From NCBI GenBank assembly GCA_049970495.1, contig JBMFMV010000006.1:1-50860 (forward strand): a stretch of 50,860 bases of DNA, in the 5' to 3' direction. Within the stretch, counting starts at the first letter, position 1. Each line of letters opens with the position of its first letter. This document shows positions 10,749-21,350 of this stretch, piece after piece. Source of the DNA: a bacterium (GTDB lineage: Bacteria > DUMJ01). Made by a program: the position numbers and the translations under genes. Under the pieces are notes generated by a model. It made no database searches and was not told the origin of the DNA. It saw only the letters and a list, made by a program, of their open reading frames with translations.

Positions 10749-12055
10749 AAGTAGGTGATAAGATAACGCTAGAGATAGAGAAGATAATTTGGGAAGGTAA
10801 GGGCTTAGGACACTACAATGGGCAGGTAGTAATGACAGAATATGTCTTACCTGGAGAAAAGGTAAGGTTACTTATAGAAGAGGTTAAGAAAGACTATGCT
10901 ATTGGTTCTCTTTTAGATATTATAGAACCCTCAAAAGAGAGAATAACTCCAAGATGTAGGCATTACTATCAATGTGGAGGATGCAGCTTCCAACATACGA
11001 GTTATGAGTATCAATTAAAATTGAAGAAGATGGCTTCTTTGGAAGTCATGTCTAGAATTCTAAGTAGAGAAGTTAATGGGGAGGGCCCAGTAAAGTCTTA
11101 TAATCCTTGGTATTATAGGAATAAGGCTCAATTTCCCATAGTTAAAGAGAAAGGAAAAGTCTTGGGAGGCTTTTATAGAAAGGGAACCCATGAGGTAGTT
11201 GATATCTCTGAGTGTCCCCTGCATCCTCAAGTCTTCATCGATATCCTTCAATGGACAAAGGATAAAGTTCTTAGGGAAGATATTGACCTTAGATACCTTT
11301 ATATAAGACAAGGGACTTCTGGAGATATAATGGTAACATTTATAGTTCGAGATAGAACAAGGAATATTAAAGAGATAACCAAAGAGCTATTTAAGACTTT
11401 TCCTGAAGTAGTTAGTTTTTACGAGAATATAAATAGGGCTCAGGGAAATGTCATCCTTGGAGATAAATTCTATCTAATAGAAGGGAAAAAGAAGCTTGAA
11501 CAGAAGATAGGGGATATTGTTTTTATGGTTTCTCCAGGATCTTTCTTTCAAGTAAATGTTCAACAACTCAAGGCTATAATAGATTATATATTAGATATTC
11601 TTTCTCCGTATAAGGGTGGAGTCTTTATAGATGGTTATGCAGGGGTTGGGACCTTTGGTTTGCCTCTTTCTAGAGTGTCTAGATATGGCTATAGTATAGA
11701 GGAGAATCCGATAGCTGTAGAAGATGCTGTAGATAATGTCAACATCAATAAGATTTCTAATGTAAGAATAAGAAAAGGTAAGACAGAGTTTGAGGTGAGG
11801 AAAATCGTAAAGAATGAGACCTTTGATTACCTTATAGTTGATCCTCCAAGGAAGGGGTTAGACAAAGAGTTCTCTACTTTTTTATCTCAGATAGATACTG
11901 CATCGATCATATATGTATCTTGTAATCCCAGTACATTAGCCCGTGATATTAAGATATTAGAGTCTGGTAAATTTATATTAAAAAAGTTAAGAGGTTTTGA
12001 TCTTTTTCCTCAAACTGCCCACATGGAATATGTGGCTGTTTTAGAGAGGAGGTAA
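10745..12055 (+). CDS. rlmD: 23S rRNA (uracil-5)-methyltransferase RlmD/RumA
   Basis: TRAM domain, CxxxxxCGGC Fe-S motif, SFFQVN, DPPRKG, YVSCNP, DLFPQTAHME. Confidence 0.92.
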   Translation: MKVGDKITLEIEKIIWEGKGLGHYNGQVVMTEYVLPGEKVRLLIEEVKKDYAIGSLLDIIEPSKERITPRCRHYYQCGGCSFQHTSYEYQLKLKKMASLEVMSRILSREVNGEGPVKSYNPWYYRNKAQFPIVKEKGKVLGGFYRKGTHEVVDISECPLHPQVFIDILQWTKDKVLREDIDLRYLYIRQGTSGDIMVTFIVRDRTRNIKEITKELFKTFPEVVSFYENINRAQGNVILGDKFYLIEGKKKLEQKIGDIVFMVSPGSFFQVNVQQLKAIIDYILDILSPYKGGVFIDGYAGVGTFGLPLSRVSRYGYSIEENPIAVEDAVDNVNINKISNVRIRKGKTEFEVRKIVKNETFDYLIVDPPRKGLDKEFSTFLSQIDTASIIYVSCNPSTLARDIKILESGKFILKKLRGFDLFPQTAHMEYVAVLERR

Positions 12056-12059
12056 TGAT

Positions 12060-15000
12060 ATGAGTTTCGTTCATCTCCATCTCCACTCTGAGTATAGTTT
12101 GTTAGATGGAGCTTGTAGGATAAATGACCTTGTAGAAGAGATAGAGAAGTTGGAGATGCCTGCCTGTGCTATTACCGATCACGGTAATATGTATGGGGTA
12201 ATAAAATTCTATAAGAAAGCTAAAGCAAAGGGAATAAAACCAATAATTGGTTGTGAGATATATGTATCTCCTGGGAATATGAATGAGAAGAACCCTCAAG
12301 AAGAGAATCATCATCTTGTTCTTCTTGCTATGGATGAGACAGGATACAAGAATCTTACAAAGATAGTCAGTATAGCCTATCTTGAAGGGTTTTATTACAA
12401 ACCTAGGGCGGATAAATCTTTACTTGAAAAATATAATGATGGAATAATAGCACTCTCTTCTTGTATACAGGGAGAGATATCTAAGCTTATACTTAAAGAT
12501 GATATAAAAGGGGCTAAATCTGCTATAGACTGGTATAGAAGCATCTTTAGAGATAGGTTTTATTTGGAGCTTCAAGACCACGGTATGGAAGAAGAGGCAA
12601 AAGTTAATAAGATAATAAAGCAGTTAGCTAAAGAGATGAATATTCCTCTTGTGGTTACAAATGATGTTCACTATCTAAGGAAAGAGGATGCACTTTACCA
12701 TGATATTCTCTTAGGTGTCCAGACGAATAAGAAGATAGACGATCCTGATAAGATGAGATTCCCAACTAATGAATTTTACTTTAAGTCTAGGGAAGAGTTA
12801 GAGCAGATCTTTCATGATGTGCCTGAAGCTCTAGAAAATACATTAGAGATAGCCGATAGATGTAATGTAGAGTTAACCTTTGGTAAGTATCATATACCAG
12901 ATTACCCTGTGCCAGAAGGCGAGACAGTTGCTAGTTACTTTAGAAAACTAGTAGAAGAGGGATTTAGAAGGAGATACGGAGATAACCCTTCTAAAGAGGC
13001 AAGAGAGAGACTTGAAAAAGAAATATCTGTAATAGAGATGATGGGTTTTCCTGGATACTTTCTTATAGTCTGGGACGTTGTTCATTTTGCTAAGACCCAC
13101 AATATTATGGTAGGACCTGGTAGGGGTAGTGCCGCTGGTAGTATGGTATCTTATTGTTTAGGGATTACAGATGTAGAACCTTTAGAGATGGGACTTTTAT
13201 TCGAGAGATTCTTAAATCCAGAGCGAATAAGTATGCCAGATATAGATATAGATTTTGCTGATGAAAAAAGACAAGAAGTTATAAGATATGTTACGGAAAA
13301 ATATGGTTCTGATAGAGTATGTCAGATTATTACATTTGGAACTATGGCAGCTAGAGCAGCAGTTAGGGATGTAGGAAGAGTGCTTAATATACCGTATTCA
13401 GATATTGATAGACTAGCGAAGCTTATCCCATTTGGAAGCTCTATATCAGAAGCCCTAGAGTCTTTACCCGATTTAAGAGAGATTTATGAGCGTGAAGAAT
13501 GGGCTAGAAATGTCCTTGACTTTGCAAAGACTTTAGAAGGGATGCCTAGACATGCGTCAACCCATGCAGCCGGCGTAGTTATATCTAAGTTCCCTCTCAT
13601 GGACTTAGTTCCTCTTCAAAGGGGACCAGAGGGTGATGTAATGACTCAATTTGAGATGGGCGACTTAGAAGAACTAGGACTTCTAAAGATGGACTTCCTT
13701 GGTTTAAGGACACTTACTCTCCTTGAGAATACTATAAAGATTATTAAAGAGATTACTGGAGAAGATATTGTTCTTGACAAAATCCCTATGGATGATGAGA
13801 AAACTTATAAACTACTACAAGAAGGAGAAACAGTTGGACTCTTTCAACTTGAGAGTTCAGGAATGAGAAACTTATTAAGAGATATGAAACCAGAATGTTT
13901 CGAAGATATAAGCTCTGTTCTTGCTCTATACCGACCTGGTCCATTAGGGAGTGGAATGGTTAGCGACTTTGTAAAACGTAAAAGGGGAGAAGAACCTATA
14001 AAATACCCTCATCCTCTTTTAGAGCCTATCTTGAAAGATACATACGGGGTAATAGTTTATCAAGAACAGGTAATGCAGATAGCGAATGTTTTAGCAGGTT
14101 TTACACTAGGAGAAGCAGACCTTCTCAGAAGGGCTATGGGGAAGAAGCTACCAGAGGTTCTAGCACAGCAGAGGGATAGATTTTTAAGTGGCGCATTGGA
14201 AAGAGGCATCCCTGAAGATGTAGCTAATCATGTATTTGACCTAATGGAATATTTTGCCGGTTATGGGTTCAATAAATCCCATACTGTAGCGTATGGATTA
14301 TTAGCCTATCAGTCGGCGTATCTGAAAGCCCATTATCCCTTAGCATACATGACTGCTCTTCTTATGAGTGTGGAGGGGAATACTAACAAAGTAGCCAGAT
14401 ATGTCCAAGAGGCAAGAAGGATGGGCATAAAGGTCCTACCTCCCGACATTAATGAGAGTAATGTCCATTTTACTCCTATGGGGAATAGCATAAGATTTGG
14501 ACTAGCGGCGATAAAGAATGTGGGAGAAGAAGCGGTAAAGTCAATCTTAGAGACCAGGGAGAAAGGCGGTAAGTTTAAGAGCTTAGAAGATTTTCTTAGT
14601 AGAATAGATACAAAGAAGGTTAATAGGAAGGTTATTGAAAGTCTTATAAAAGCAGGAGCGTTTGATTCTTTAGGAAGAAGTAGGGCAGAGTTTTTGGCTA
14701 TATTTGAGCAGTATCAAGAAAGAAAGGCCAAAAGAGGGGGTAAAAAGAAGAATCTCTTTGAGATAGAAGAATTTAAAGCTGAACCCATCCCTACAATAGA
14801 AGAATTCCCAATGGAAAAGATTTTGGCAATGGAGAAGAACCTTATAGGTCTATATATATCTGACAACCCTCTATTACACTACGCAGAAGAGCTAAAAGAT
14901 CGGGTATCTTGTAATATAGAAGATCTGGAAGAATTAGAGGATGGGTCTTTAATTACTATAGGAGGAATAGTCTCTGAGATAAGGTCAGCGGATACTAAAA

Positions 15001-15443
15001 ATGGTAAGATGGGATTTTTGCAGGTTGAAGATCTTTCAGGTAGTGTAGAGATTATTGTTTTCCCAAAGATATTTAAAGAGATAAGAAAAGATATCGAAAA
15101 TTCTACTAATATATTTATAGTAGAAGGTAGAGTTGATAAATCAGAAGAGGAGACAAGAGTTATAGCTGACAAGATATATCTTTTAGGTAAGTCTACCTAC
15201 AGTAGTAAGGTTAGAAGCCTACATATAAATATAAAGGAGGATAGGTGTGACGATTCTGTTCTGTTTAGACTTAAAAGTATCTTGTCAGAATATCCTGGGG
15301 ATCTACCAGTTGTTATTCACCTTATTAATGATATAGAGATCTGTGATGTAGCTCTTGGTAGCGAATTTAAAGTAAAGGAATCAGGAAAACTATTGGGGGA
15401 ATTACAAACTATATTTGGAGCGTCCAATGTCTGGATTGAATAA
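12060..15443 (+). CDS. dnaE: DNA polymerase III alpha subunit
   Basis: PHP domain (HLHLHSEYSLLDG), GRGSAAGS, MPDIDIDF, YGFNKSH, OB fold; 1127 aa, no intein-sized insertion. Confidence 0.98.
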   Translation: MSFVHLHLHSEYSLLDGACRINDLVEEIEKLEMPACAITDHGNMYGVIKFYKKAKAKGIKPIIGCEIYVSPGNMNEKNPQEENHHLVLLAMDETGYKNLTKIVSIAYLEGFYYKPRADKSLLEKYNDGIIALSSCIQGEISKLILKDDIKGAKSAIDWYRSIFRDRFYLELQDHGMEEEAKVNKIIKQLAKEMNIPLVVTNDVHYLRKEDALYHDILLGVQTNKKIDDPDKMRFPTNEFYFKSREELEQIFHDVPEALENTLEIADRCNVELTFGKYHIPDYPVPEGETVASYFRKLVEEGFRRRYGDNPSKEARERLEKEISVIEMMGFPGYFLIVWDVVHFAKTHNIMVGPGRGSAAGSMVSYCLGITDVEPLEMGLLFERFLNPERISMPDIDIDFADEKRQEVIRYVTEKYGSDRVCQIITFGTMAARAAVRDVGRVLNIPYSDIDRLAKLIPFGSSISEALESLPDLREIYEREEWARNVLDFAKTLEGMPRHASTHAAGVVISKFPLMDLVPLQRGPEGDVMTQFEMGDLEELGLLKMDFLGLRTLTLLENTIKIIKEITGEDIVLDKIPMDDEKTYKLLQEGETVGLFQLESSGMRNLLRDMKPECFEDISSVLALYRPGPLGSGMVSDFVKRKRGEEPIKYPHPLLEPILKDTYGVIVYQEQVMQIANVLAGFTLGEADLLRRAMGKKLPEVLAQQRDRFLSGALERGIPEDVANHVFDLMEYFAGYGFNKSHTVAYGLLAYQSAYLKAHYPLAYMTALLMSVEGNTNKVARYVQEARRMGIKVLPPDINESNVHFTPMGNSIRFGLAAIKNVGEEAVKSILETREKGGKFKSLEDFLSRIDTKKVNRKVIESLIKAGAFDSLGRSRAEFLAIFEQYQERKAKRGGKKKNLFEIEEFKAEPIPTIEEFPMEKILAMEKNLIGLYISDNPLLHYAEELKDRVSCNIEDLEELEDGSLITIGGIVSEIRSADTKNGKMGFLQVEDLSGSVEIIVFPKIFKEIRKDIENSTNIFIVEGRVDKSEEETRVIADKIYLLGKSTYSSKVRSLHINIKEDRCDDSVLFRLKSILSEYPGDLPVVIHLINDIEICDVALGSEFKVKESGKLLGELQTIFGASNVWIE

Positions 15444-16995
15444 ATTTTGGGATACTATAATAGTAGGAAGTGGTATTGCAGGATTATATACCGCTTTGAA
15501 TATAAAAAATAAGAGTAGAACTCTAGTGGTCACTAAAGGAGATATAAAGGAGAGTAACTCTTATAATGCACAGGGGGGAATAGCAGCTGCTATAGGAGAG
15601 GACGATAGTCCTGAGATTCATTTTCAAGATACTATAAAGGCTGGAGATGGTCTGTGTAATCCCGATGCAGTAAAGATACTAGTCTATAATGCCCCTAGCA
15701 TAGTTGAAGATCTTATCAGATTAGGTGTAGAGTTTGACAGAGACGAGACTGGAAAACTAGAACTTGGAAGAGAAGGTGCTCATTCAAAGAGGAGGGTTTT
15801 ACATAGTAGGGGGGATTCTACAGGAAAGGCAATTATGGATGTCATTATAAGACATATTATAGAGGAAGAGATTCCATTCAGAGATCAGATTATGGTCTTA
15901 GAGCTAATAGTAGAAGATGGAATATGTAAAGGCGTTTTGGTCTGGGATAAAAGGACAGAAGAAGTTTATCCTTTATTTTCTAAAGCAGTAGTACTAGCTA
16001 CAGGTGGTATCGGACAGATATATCCGTTTACTACCAATCCAAGTGTAGCTTGCGGGGATGGTTTGGCTATTGCGTATAATGCTGGAGCTGAACTGTGTGA
16101 TATGGAGTTTGTACAGTTCCATCCTACAGTGTTAAAGCACCCTTCTGCCCCTCCATTATTGATTACAGAGTCAATTAGAGGTGAGGGTGGAATACTGAGA
16201 AATATAAATGGAGAGAGATTTGTCCCTAAATACCATGAAATGGGAGAATTAGCCCCAAGGGATGTTGTATCTAGGATAATTACAGAGGAGATGGAGAAAA
16301 CTAATTCAGACCATGTCTATCTCGATATAACTCATCTTCCAAAGGATTTTATCCTCTCTCATTTTCCTACGATATACCACGAGTGTTTGAAATATGGGAT
16401 AGATATCACTAAAGATTATATTCCTGTAGCTCCTGGAGCTCATTATATGATGGGAGGAATACTTACTAATCTTAAAGGTGAAACTAGTATAAAAGGTCTA
16501 TACGCTTGTGGAGAATGTGCTGGAACAGGAATACATGGAGCAAATAGAATGGCAAGTAACTCTTTGCTAGAAGGATTAGTTTTTGGTAAAATTATAGCTC
16601 AAGAGGTTTCTAACTATGTGATTAATAATGGAGAGATAAATGCTGTAGAGAATATAAAGGTTGAGGAAAAGAAGGTATTTAAAGGTGAGATATTAAGAGA
16701 ATTTAGGGTCAGAATGCAACATCTTATGTGGAGATATTGTGGGATTAAAAGAGAGGAGGAAGGTTTGGAGTTCTTATTAGAAGAGTTAGAAAAGATGCAA
16801 TTAGAAGTAGAAGACCTACCTGTTAGCAATTTCCAAGACATTGAGACCAAAAATATGATACTACTTGCAAGATTGATTGCAGAAAGTGCCTTAGAAAGAA
16901 AAGAGAGTAGGGGTGCTCATTTTAGAGTAGATTATCCTTATAGGGATGACATATACTGGCAAAAACATATCATAAAAAAGAAAGGACGGGTATGA
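15427..16995 (+). CDS. nadB: L-aspartate oxidase
   Basis: GSGIAG FAD motif, AQGGIAA, EFVQFHPT, HYMMGG, HGANRMASNSLLE, ESRGAH; next to nadC. Confidence 0.94.
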   Translation: MSGLNKFWDTIIVGSGIAGLYTALNIKNKSRTLVVTKGDIKESNSYNAQGGIAAAIGEDDSPEIHFQDTIKAGDGLCNPDAVKILVYNAPSIVEDLIRLGVEFDRDETGKLELGREGAHSKRRVLHSRGDSTGKAIMDVIIRHIIEEEIPFRDQIMVLELIVEDGICKGVLVWDKRTEEVYPLFSKAVVLATGGIGQIYPFTTNPSVACGDGLAIAYNAGAELCDMEFVQFHPTVLKHPSAPPLLITESIRGEGGILRNINGERFVPKYHEMGELAPRDVVSRIITEEMEKTNSDHVYLDITHLPKDFILSHFPTIYHECLKYGIDITKDYIPVAPGAHYMMGGILTNLKGETSIKGLYACGECAGTGIHGANRMASNSLLEGLVFGKIIAQEVSNYVINNGEINAVENIKVEEKKVFKGEILREFRVRMQHLMWRYCGIKREEEGLEFLLEELEKMQLEVEDLPVSNFQDIETKNMILLARLIAESALERKESRGAHFRVDYPYRDDIYWQKHIIKKKGRV

Positions 16996-17825
16996 ATAGT
17001 ATATCTAGGATAGTATCATTAGCTTTGGAAGAGGATATAGGGATTGGGGATGTAACTACAGACCTTATTATAGATGAGGGTCTTAAGGGTAAGGCTTATA
17101 TAAAGTGTAAAGAATATGGAATACTTTGTGGCTGTGATGTGGTAAGAGAAGTTTTTCTTACTATAGATAATACTTTAGAACTCAAATTTTTGAAATCAGA
17201 TGGAGATGAAGTAAATCCAGGAGAAAAGATAATTTTTATAGAAGGTAAGGTTAAGAGTATCTTAAAAGGGGAAAGGGTTTCCCTTAATTTTCTCTCCCAT
17301 CTTTCAGGTATAGCTACAGCAACTAATAGATTTGTAAAACTACTCCCTCCATCTGTAAAGATCCTTGATACAAGGAAAACACTCCCAGGGCTAAGACTTT
17401 TAGAAAAATATGCGGTGAGAATAGGGGGTGGAAAAAACCATAGGTTTGGTCTCTATGATGGTATTTTGATTAAGGACAATCATATACTAGCGGTTGGAGG
17501 AGTCAAAAGGGCTTTAGAAATAGCTAAAAAGAACGCTCCTCACTATATGAAGATAGAGATAGAAGCTGCTTCTTTAGAGGATGTAAAAGAGGCGGTAGAA
17601 GGTGGAGCGGATATAATCTTACTTGATAATATGAGTACAGACGAGATAAAGGAGGCAATTAAAATAATAAATGGTAGAGCTCAGATTGAAGTTTCTGGAG
17701 GTATAAATAGTGATAATATTGAACAACTAATAGGCTTGCCTATTGACTTTATATCTATAGGTGCCATTACTCACTCTGCAAAGGCTATAGACTTTTCTCT
17801 AACATTGGAGGGTCATATTGGATAG
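16992..17825 (+). CDS. nadC: Quinolinate phosphoribosyltransferase
   Basis: DTRKTLPG, HRFGLYD, IKDNH, LLDN, SGGI. Confidence 0.96.
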   Translation: MNSISRIVSLALEEDIGIGDVTTDLIIDEGLKGKAYIKCKEYGILCGCDVVREVFLTIDNTLELKFLKSDGDEVNPGEKIIFIEGKVKSILKGERVSLNFLSHLSGIATATNRFVKLLPPSVKILDTRKTLPGLRLLEKYAVRIGGGKNHRFGLYDGILIKDNHILAVGGVKRALEIAKKNAPHYMKIEIEAASLEDVKEAVEGGADIILLDNMSTDEIKEAIKIINGRAQIEVSGGINSDNIEQLIGLPIDFISIGAITHSAKAIDFSLTLEGHIG

Positions 17826-18951
17826 AGAGCCAGCTTTAGAATTGCATAAGTTTTTAAAAGGAAAGCTCTTAATAGAACCGAAGGTAGATGTCCTAGACAA
17901 AAAAGATCTGAGTTTAGTATATACTCCGGGTGTAGGTTTTGTATCTCAAGAGATAGCCAAGGACAAGGATAGAGTTTATGACTTTACTTGGAAAGGTAAT
18001 ACAGTTGCAGTAGTTAGCGATGGAAGTGCGGTATTAGGATTAGGTAATGTTGGGCCAGAATCTGCTTTACCGGTAATGGAAGGAAAGGCTTTACTTATAA
18101 AAAAGTTTTCTGGAGTAAATGCTGTACCTATATGTATAAGGTCTAAGTCTTGGGAGGAAACGGTAGATATAGTATGTTCTCTGGCTCCAACATTTGGTCT
18201 TATCCTACTTGAGGATATAAAGGCGCCTGAATGCTTTAGGGTAGAGGAAGCTTTATCTCGTAGATTGGATATACCATTTTTCCACGATGACCAGCATGGA
18301 ACGGCGGTAGCGGTTCTTGCTGGACTGATAAATGCATTGAAACTAGTAGGGAAAGATAAAGAAAAGGTAAAGGTTGTTATATCTGGAGCAGGAGCCGCTG
18401 GTACAGCGGTGACTTACTTATTGCTAGATTATGGATTTCGAAATATAGTAATCTGTGATAGTAAAGGGATTATAAGCGAAGATAGAATTGACTTAAACGA
18501 AGATAAACTCAGACTAGCTCAAAGAACTAATCCGGAGAGACTATCTGGGAAACTAGAGACTGCAATGGAGGGAGCTGATATATTTATAGGGCTCTCCGCT
18601 CCGGGTATTGTTAGCAAAGAGATGGTATCGAGTATGGCATCCGATTCAATAGTCTTTGCTATGGCTAATCCTATTCCAGAGATAAATTACGAAGATGCTG
18701 TATCTGCAGGAGCTAAAGTCGTTGCTACTGGAAGGTCTGACTATCCAAATCAGATAAATAATCTTTTAGTTTTTCCAGGGTTAATAAAAGGACTACTTAA
18801 GTCCAAGAAGAAGCTTGATAGTAAGATAAAGATAAAGACTGCCAATGCTATAGCAGACATAGTAACAGCGGAAGAGTTAAATCAGGGTATTATAATTCCA
18901 AGTCCATTCAATCCATTAGTAGTAGAGAGAGTAGTAGAAGCAGTTATATAA
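17818..18951 (+). CDS. NAD(P)-dependent malic enzyme (short type)
   Basis: YTPGV, GLGNVGP...PVMEGK, LEDI, HDDQHGT, GAGAAG, ATGRSDYPNQINN. Confidence 0.93.
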   Translation: MDREPALELHKFLKGKLLIEPKVDVLDKKDLSLVYTPGVGFVSQEIAKDKDRVYDFTWKGNTVAVVSDGSAVLGLGNVGPESALPVMEGKALLIKKFSGVNAVPICIRSKSWEETVDIVCSLAPTFGLILLEDIKAPECFRVEEALSRRLDIPFFHDDQHGTAVAVLAGLINALKLVGKDKEKVKVVISGAGAAGTAVTYLLLDYGFRNIVICDSKGIISEDRIDLNEDKLRLAQRTNPERLSGKLETAMEGADIFIGLSAPGIVSKEMVSSMASDSIVFAMANPIPEINYEDAVSAGAKVVATGRSDYPNQINNLLVFPGLIKGLLKSKKKLDSKIKIKTANAIADIVTAEELNQGIIIPSPFNPLVVERVVEAVI

Positions 18952-19148
18952 GATATCTCAAATCTAAAATTAACTTCCGAGTTCTAATAGTAAGAGTCCC
19001 AACTAGTTATTTCTCCCTTCTATTTTAGGATACAAAGTCTGTATTTGTAATCTTTTCATCGCTATAACATTCTAGTTTTGTCTAATGTGTGATGTAAGAT
19101 TTTATATAAAATTAAATTTTTATTAAAATAATTTTATAAATAATATAC

Positions 19149-19177
19149 TTTACTCTTTAAAAACTTTATGATAATAT
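19149..19177 (+). promoter_or_regulatory. Putative promoter of GntR gene
   Basis: TTTACT, 17 nt, TAATAT with extended TG; GAGGAGG RBS downstream. Confidence 0.4.
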
Positions 19178-19211
19178 TAAAAATGCTAAAAATTATGAGA
19201 GGAGGGGTAAA

Positions 19212-19877
19212 ATGTCTACGGAATTAACAGATCTTAGGTTAGTTGTCTATGAGAGGCTAAAACAATCTATTCTCAATAGAGACCTGCAGAGTGGAATGAA
19301 ACTTACATTAGAGGATTTGACAAAAAGATTTAACGTAAGTCCAACCCCTATTAAAGAGGCTCTTATTGCTCTTGAAAAAGAGGGGCTAGTAGAAAATATT
19401 CCCAGACGTGGAGCTTTTGTCTCTGTATTGACTTTGAAAGATGTAGAAGAGATTTATTCTCTCAGAGAGACTTTAGAAGGTTTATGCGGTAGGAGAGTCA
19501 CCGAAAAGATTAATGATGATGGGATTGAAGAACTAAGTAGTGTCTTGAGTGATTCTGAAAGATATGCTAAGGCTAATGACTTTCTAAAATATGAAGAGGC
19601 AGATAGGAACTTTCACAAGATATTAAGGGAACTGACAGAGGATAAAAGACTCATATATTTTCTCTCTATGTTAGAGTCGCAGCTTAGATTGGTCCTACCA
19701 ATAGTAAGCACGTTACCTGGAAGACTTGAAAACTCATTACAGGAACATAAGAAGATACTTCAGAGTCTAGAAAAAAGAAATATACAGAATGCAGAATTTT
19801 ACTGCAGAGAGCATATAAGATTAGAAAAAGAGTCTGTATTGGTAGAACTTAAGTTAAGAGGATTAAAAGAGAGCTAG
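19212..19877 (+). CDS. GntR-family regulator (FadR/FCD subfamily)
   Basis: wHTH (VSPTPIKEAL..LEKEGLV..PRRGAFV) plus FCD (DRNFH, EHKKIL, HI). Confidence 0.92.
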   Translation: MSTELTDLRLVVYERLKQSILNRDLQSGMKLTLEDLTKRFNVSPTPIKEALIALEKEGLVENIPRRGAFVSVLTLKDVEEIYSLRETLEGLCGRRVTEKINDDGIEELSSVLSDSERYAKANDFLKYEEADRNFHKILRELTEDKRLIYFLSMLESQLRLVLPIVSTLPGRLENSLQEHKKILQSLEKRNIQNAEFYCREHIRLEKESVLVELKLRGLKES

Positions 19878-19896
19878 AAATTTTTAGATACCTTGC

Positions 19897-19925
19897 TTGC
19901 GCTATCATAAAATATATCCTATAAT
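19897..19925 (+). promoter_or_regulatory. Putative sigma70 promoter for yqeY-ABC operon
   Basis: TTGCGC (19897-19902), 17 nt, TATAAT (19920-19925). Confidence 0.6.
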
Positions 19926-19959
19926 CTTACTGAAAATTTTGTAAAATTGGGAGGATTTT

Positions 19960-20430
19960 ATGCTTCTAGAGAAGATAAACAAAGACTACCTCGAAGCAAA
20001 AAAGAGCCGCAACACTTTAAGAGAGAGTGTATTAAATTTACTGAAATCTAATATCAAATATAAAGAGATAGAAGCCAAAGGTAAGGGCAAAAACTTAGAG
20101 GATAGTGACATTATAGACCTTATAAAGCAAGAAATAAAGAAGAGGAAGGAATCTATAGAACTTTATAGACAGGCTGGAAGACAAGAACTTGTAGAAAAAG
20201 AGTCTGAAGAACTGAAGATACTACAAGAGTATCTTCCAGAACAATTATCAGAGGAAGAGATTAAGGCTATTTTAGAAAAGATTATAGACGAGGTAGGCGC
20301 AATTGGTGTCAAAGATCTTGGCAAGGTAATGAAAGAAGCTATGAAAGAATTAAAAGGGAAGGCTGAAGGTGAAGTTATAAGGAAAATCACTGAAGAGCTA
20401 CTTAAAAAGAAGGAAACTAGTAATGTCTGA
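19960..20430 (+). CDS. GatB/YqeY domain protein
   Basis: KKRKESIELY..AGR.EL..KE..E..IL..YLP.QLS, DLGKVMK. Confidence 0.92.
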   Translation: MLLEKINKDYLEAKKSRNTLRESVLNLLKSNIKYKEIEAKGKGKNLEDSDIIDLIKQEIKKRKESIELYRQAGRQELVEKESEELKILQEYLPEQLSEEEIKAILEKIIDEVGAIGVKDLGKVMKEAMKELKGKAEGEVIRKITEELLKKKETSNV

Positions 20431-21350
20431 TTTTATTCTAGAGGTAGAGCATCTAAAAAAGTATTATGGAAAAGTAAAAGCAGTTGATGGTGTTAGTTTT
20501 AAGGTAAAGCAGGGCTCTATATTTACCCTTCTTGGTCCTAATGGAGCTGGAAAGACTACCACTATAGAGATTATAGAAGGCTTAAGAGTTCCAGATGATG
20601 GAAAGATTATCTTTATGGGAGAAGAAGTAAAGAGGATAGGGAATAAACAGAAGGAGTATATAGGGGTATCTCTCCAGGAGACTAATCTTATCCCTTATCT
20701 TACTGTTAGAGAAACATTAGATATGTTTAAAGTTCTTTTCCCTAGGTCACTCGATATTGATGAGGTCTTAAAGATGATATCTTTGGAGGATAAAGCTAAT
20801 ACCTATATAAAAGACTTATCAGGTGGACAGAAACAACGGCTTGTAATTGGATTAGCTATGATCAATGATCCATTAATACTTTTTTTTGGATGAACCTACT
20901 ACCGGTCTTGACCCTCAAGCCAGAAGAAATACTTGGGATATCCTTCTTGGACTAAAAAGAAATGGTAAAACTATAATACTTACTACCCATTATATGGAAG
21001 AGGCAGAGTTTCTCTCAGATTGGGTTTGTATAATGGACCATGGAAGGATTATTAAAGAGGGGGATCCACAAAGCCTTATTAGAGCCTTAGAAAAGGAAAG
21101 TCTTATAGAGGTAGAACTTGAGGCTAATTCTATAATGTTAGAGAGGCTTAATTCAGCAGGGTTAGACCCTGTATATGATAAAAAACACAATAAACTTCTA
21201 TTAAAGACAAATGATATACTCTCTACTACAGAACTCCTACTAAGGCTTTCCAAGGAAAATTCTCTTCAGATAAAAGATGTAGTAATAAGACAGCCAAATT
21301 TAGAAGATGTCTTTTTATCACTTACAGGTAGGTCTTTAAGAGAAGAGTAA
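20423..21350 (+). pseudogene. ABC-2 exporter ATP-binding subunit, frameshifted in a T8 tract
   Basis: Walker A GPNGAGKT and LSGGQ in ORF 20423-20893; DEPTTGLDP and H-loop in ORF 20886-21350; one extra T at 20880-20887 breaks Walker B (ILFLDE). Confidence 0.85.

Noticed and set aside
12060..15443. Intein in dnaE
   Set aside because: Normal length and continuous polymerase motifs; no intein-like insertion.
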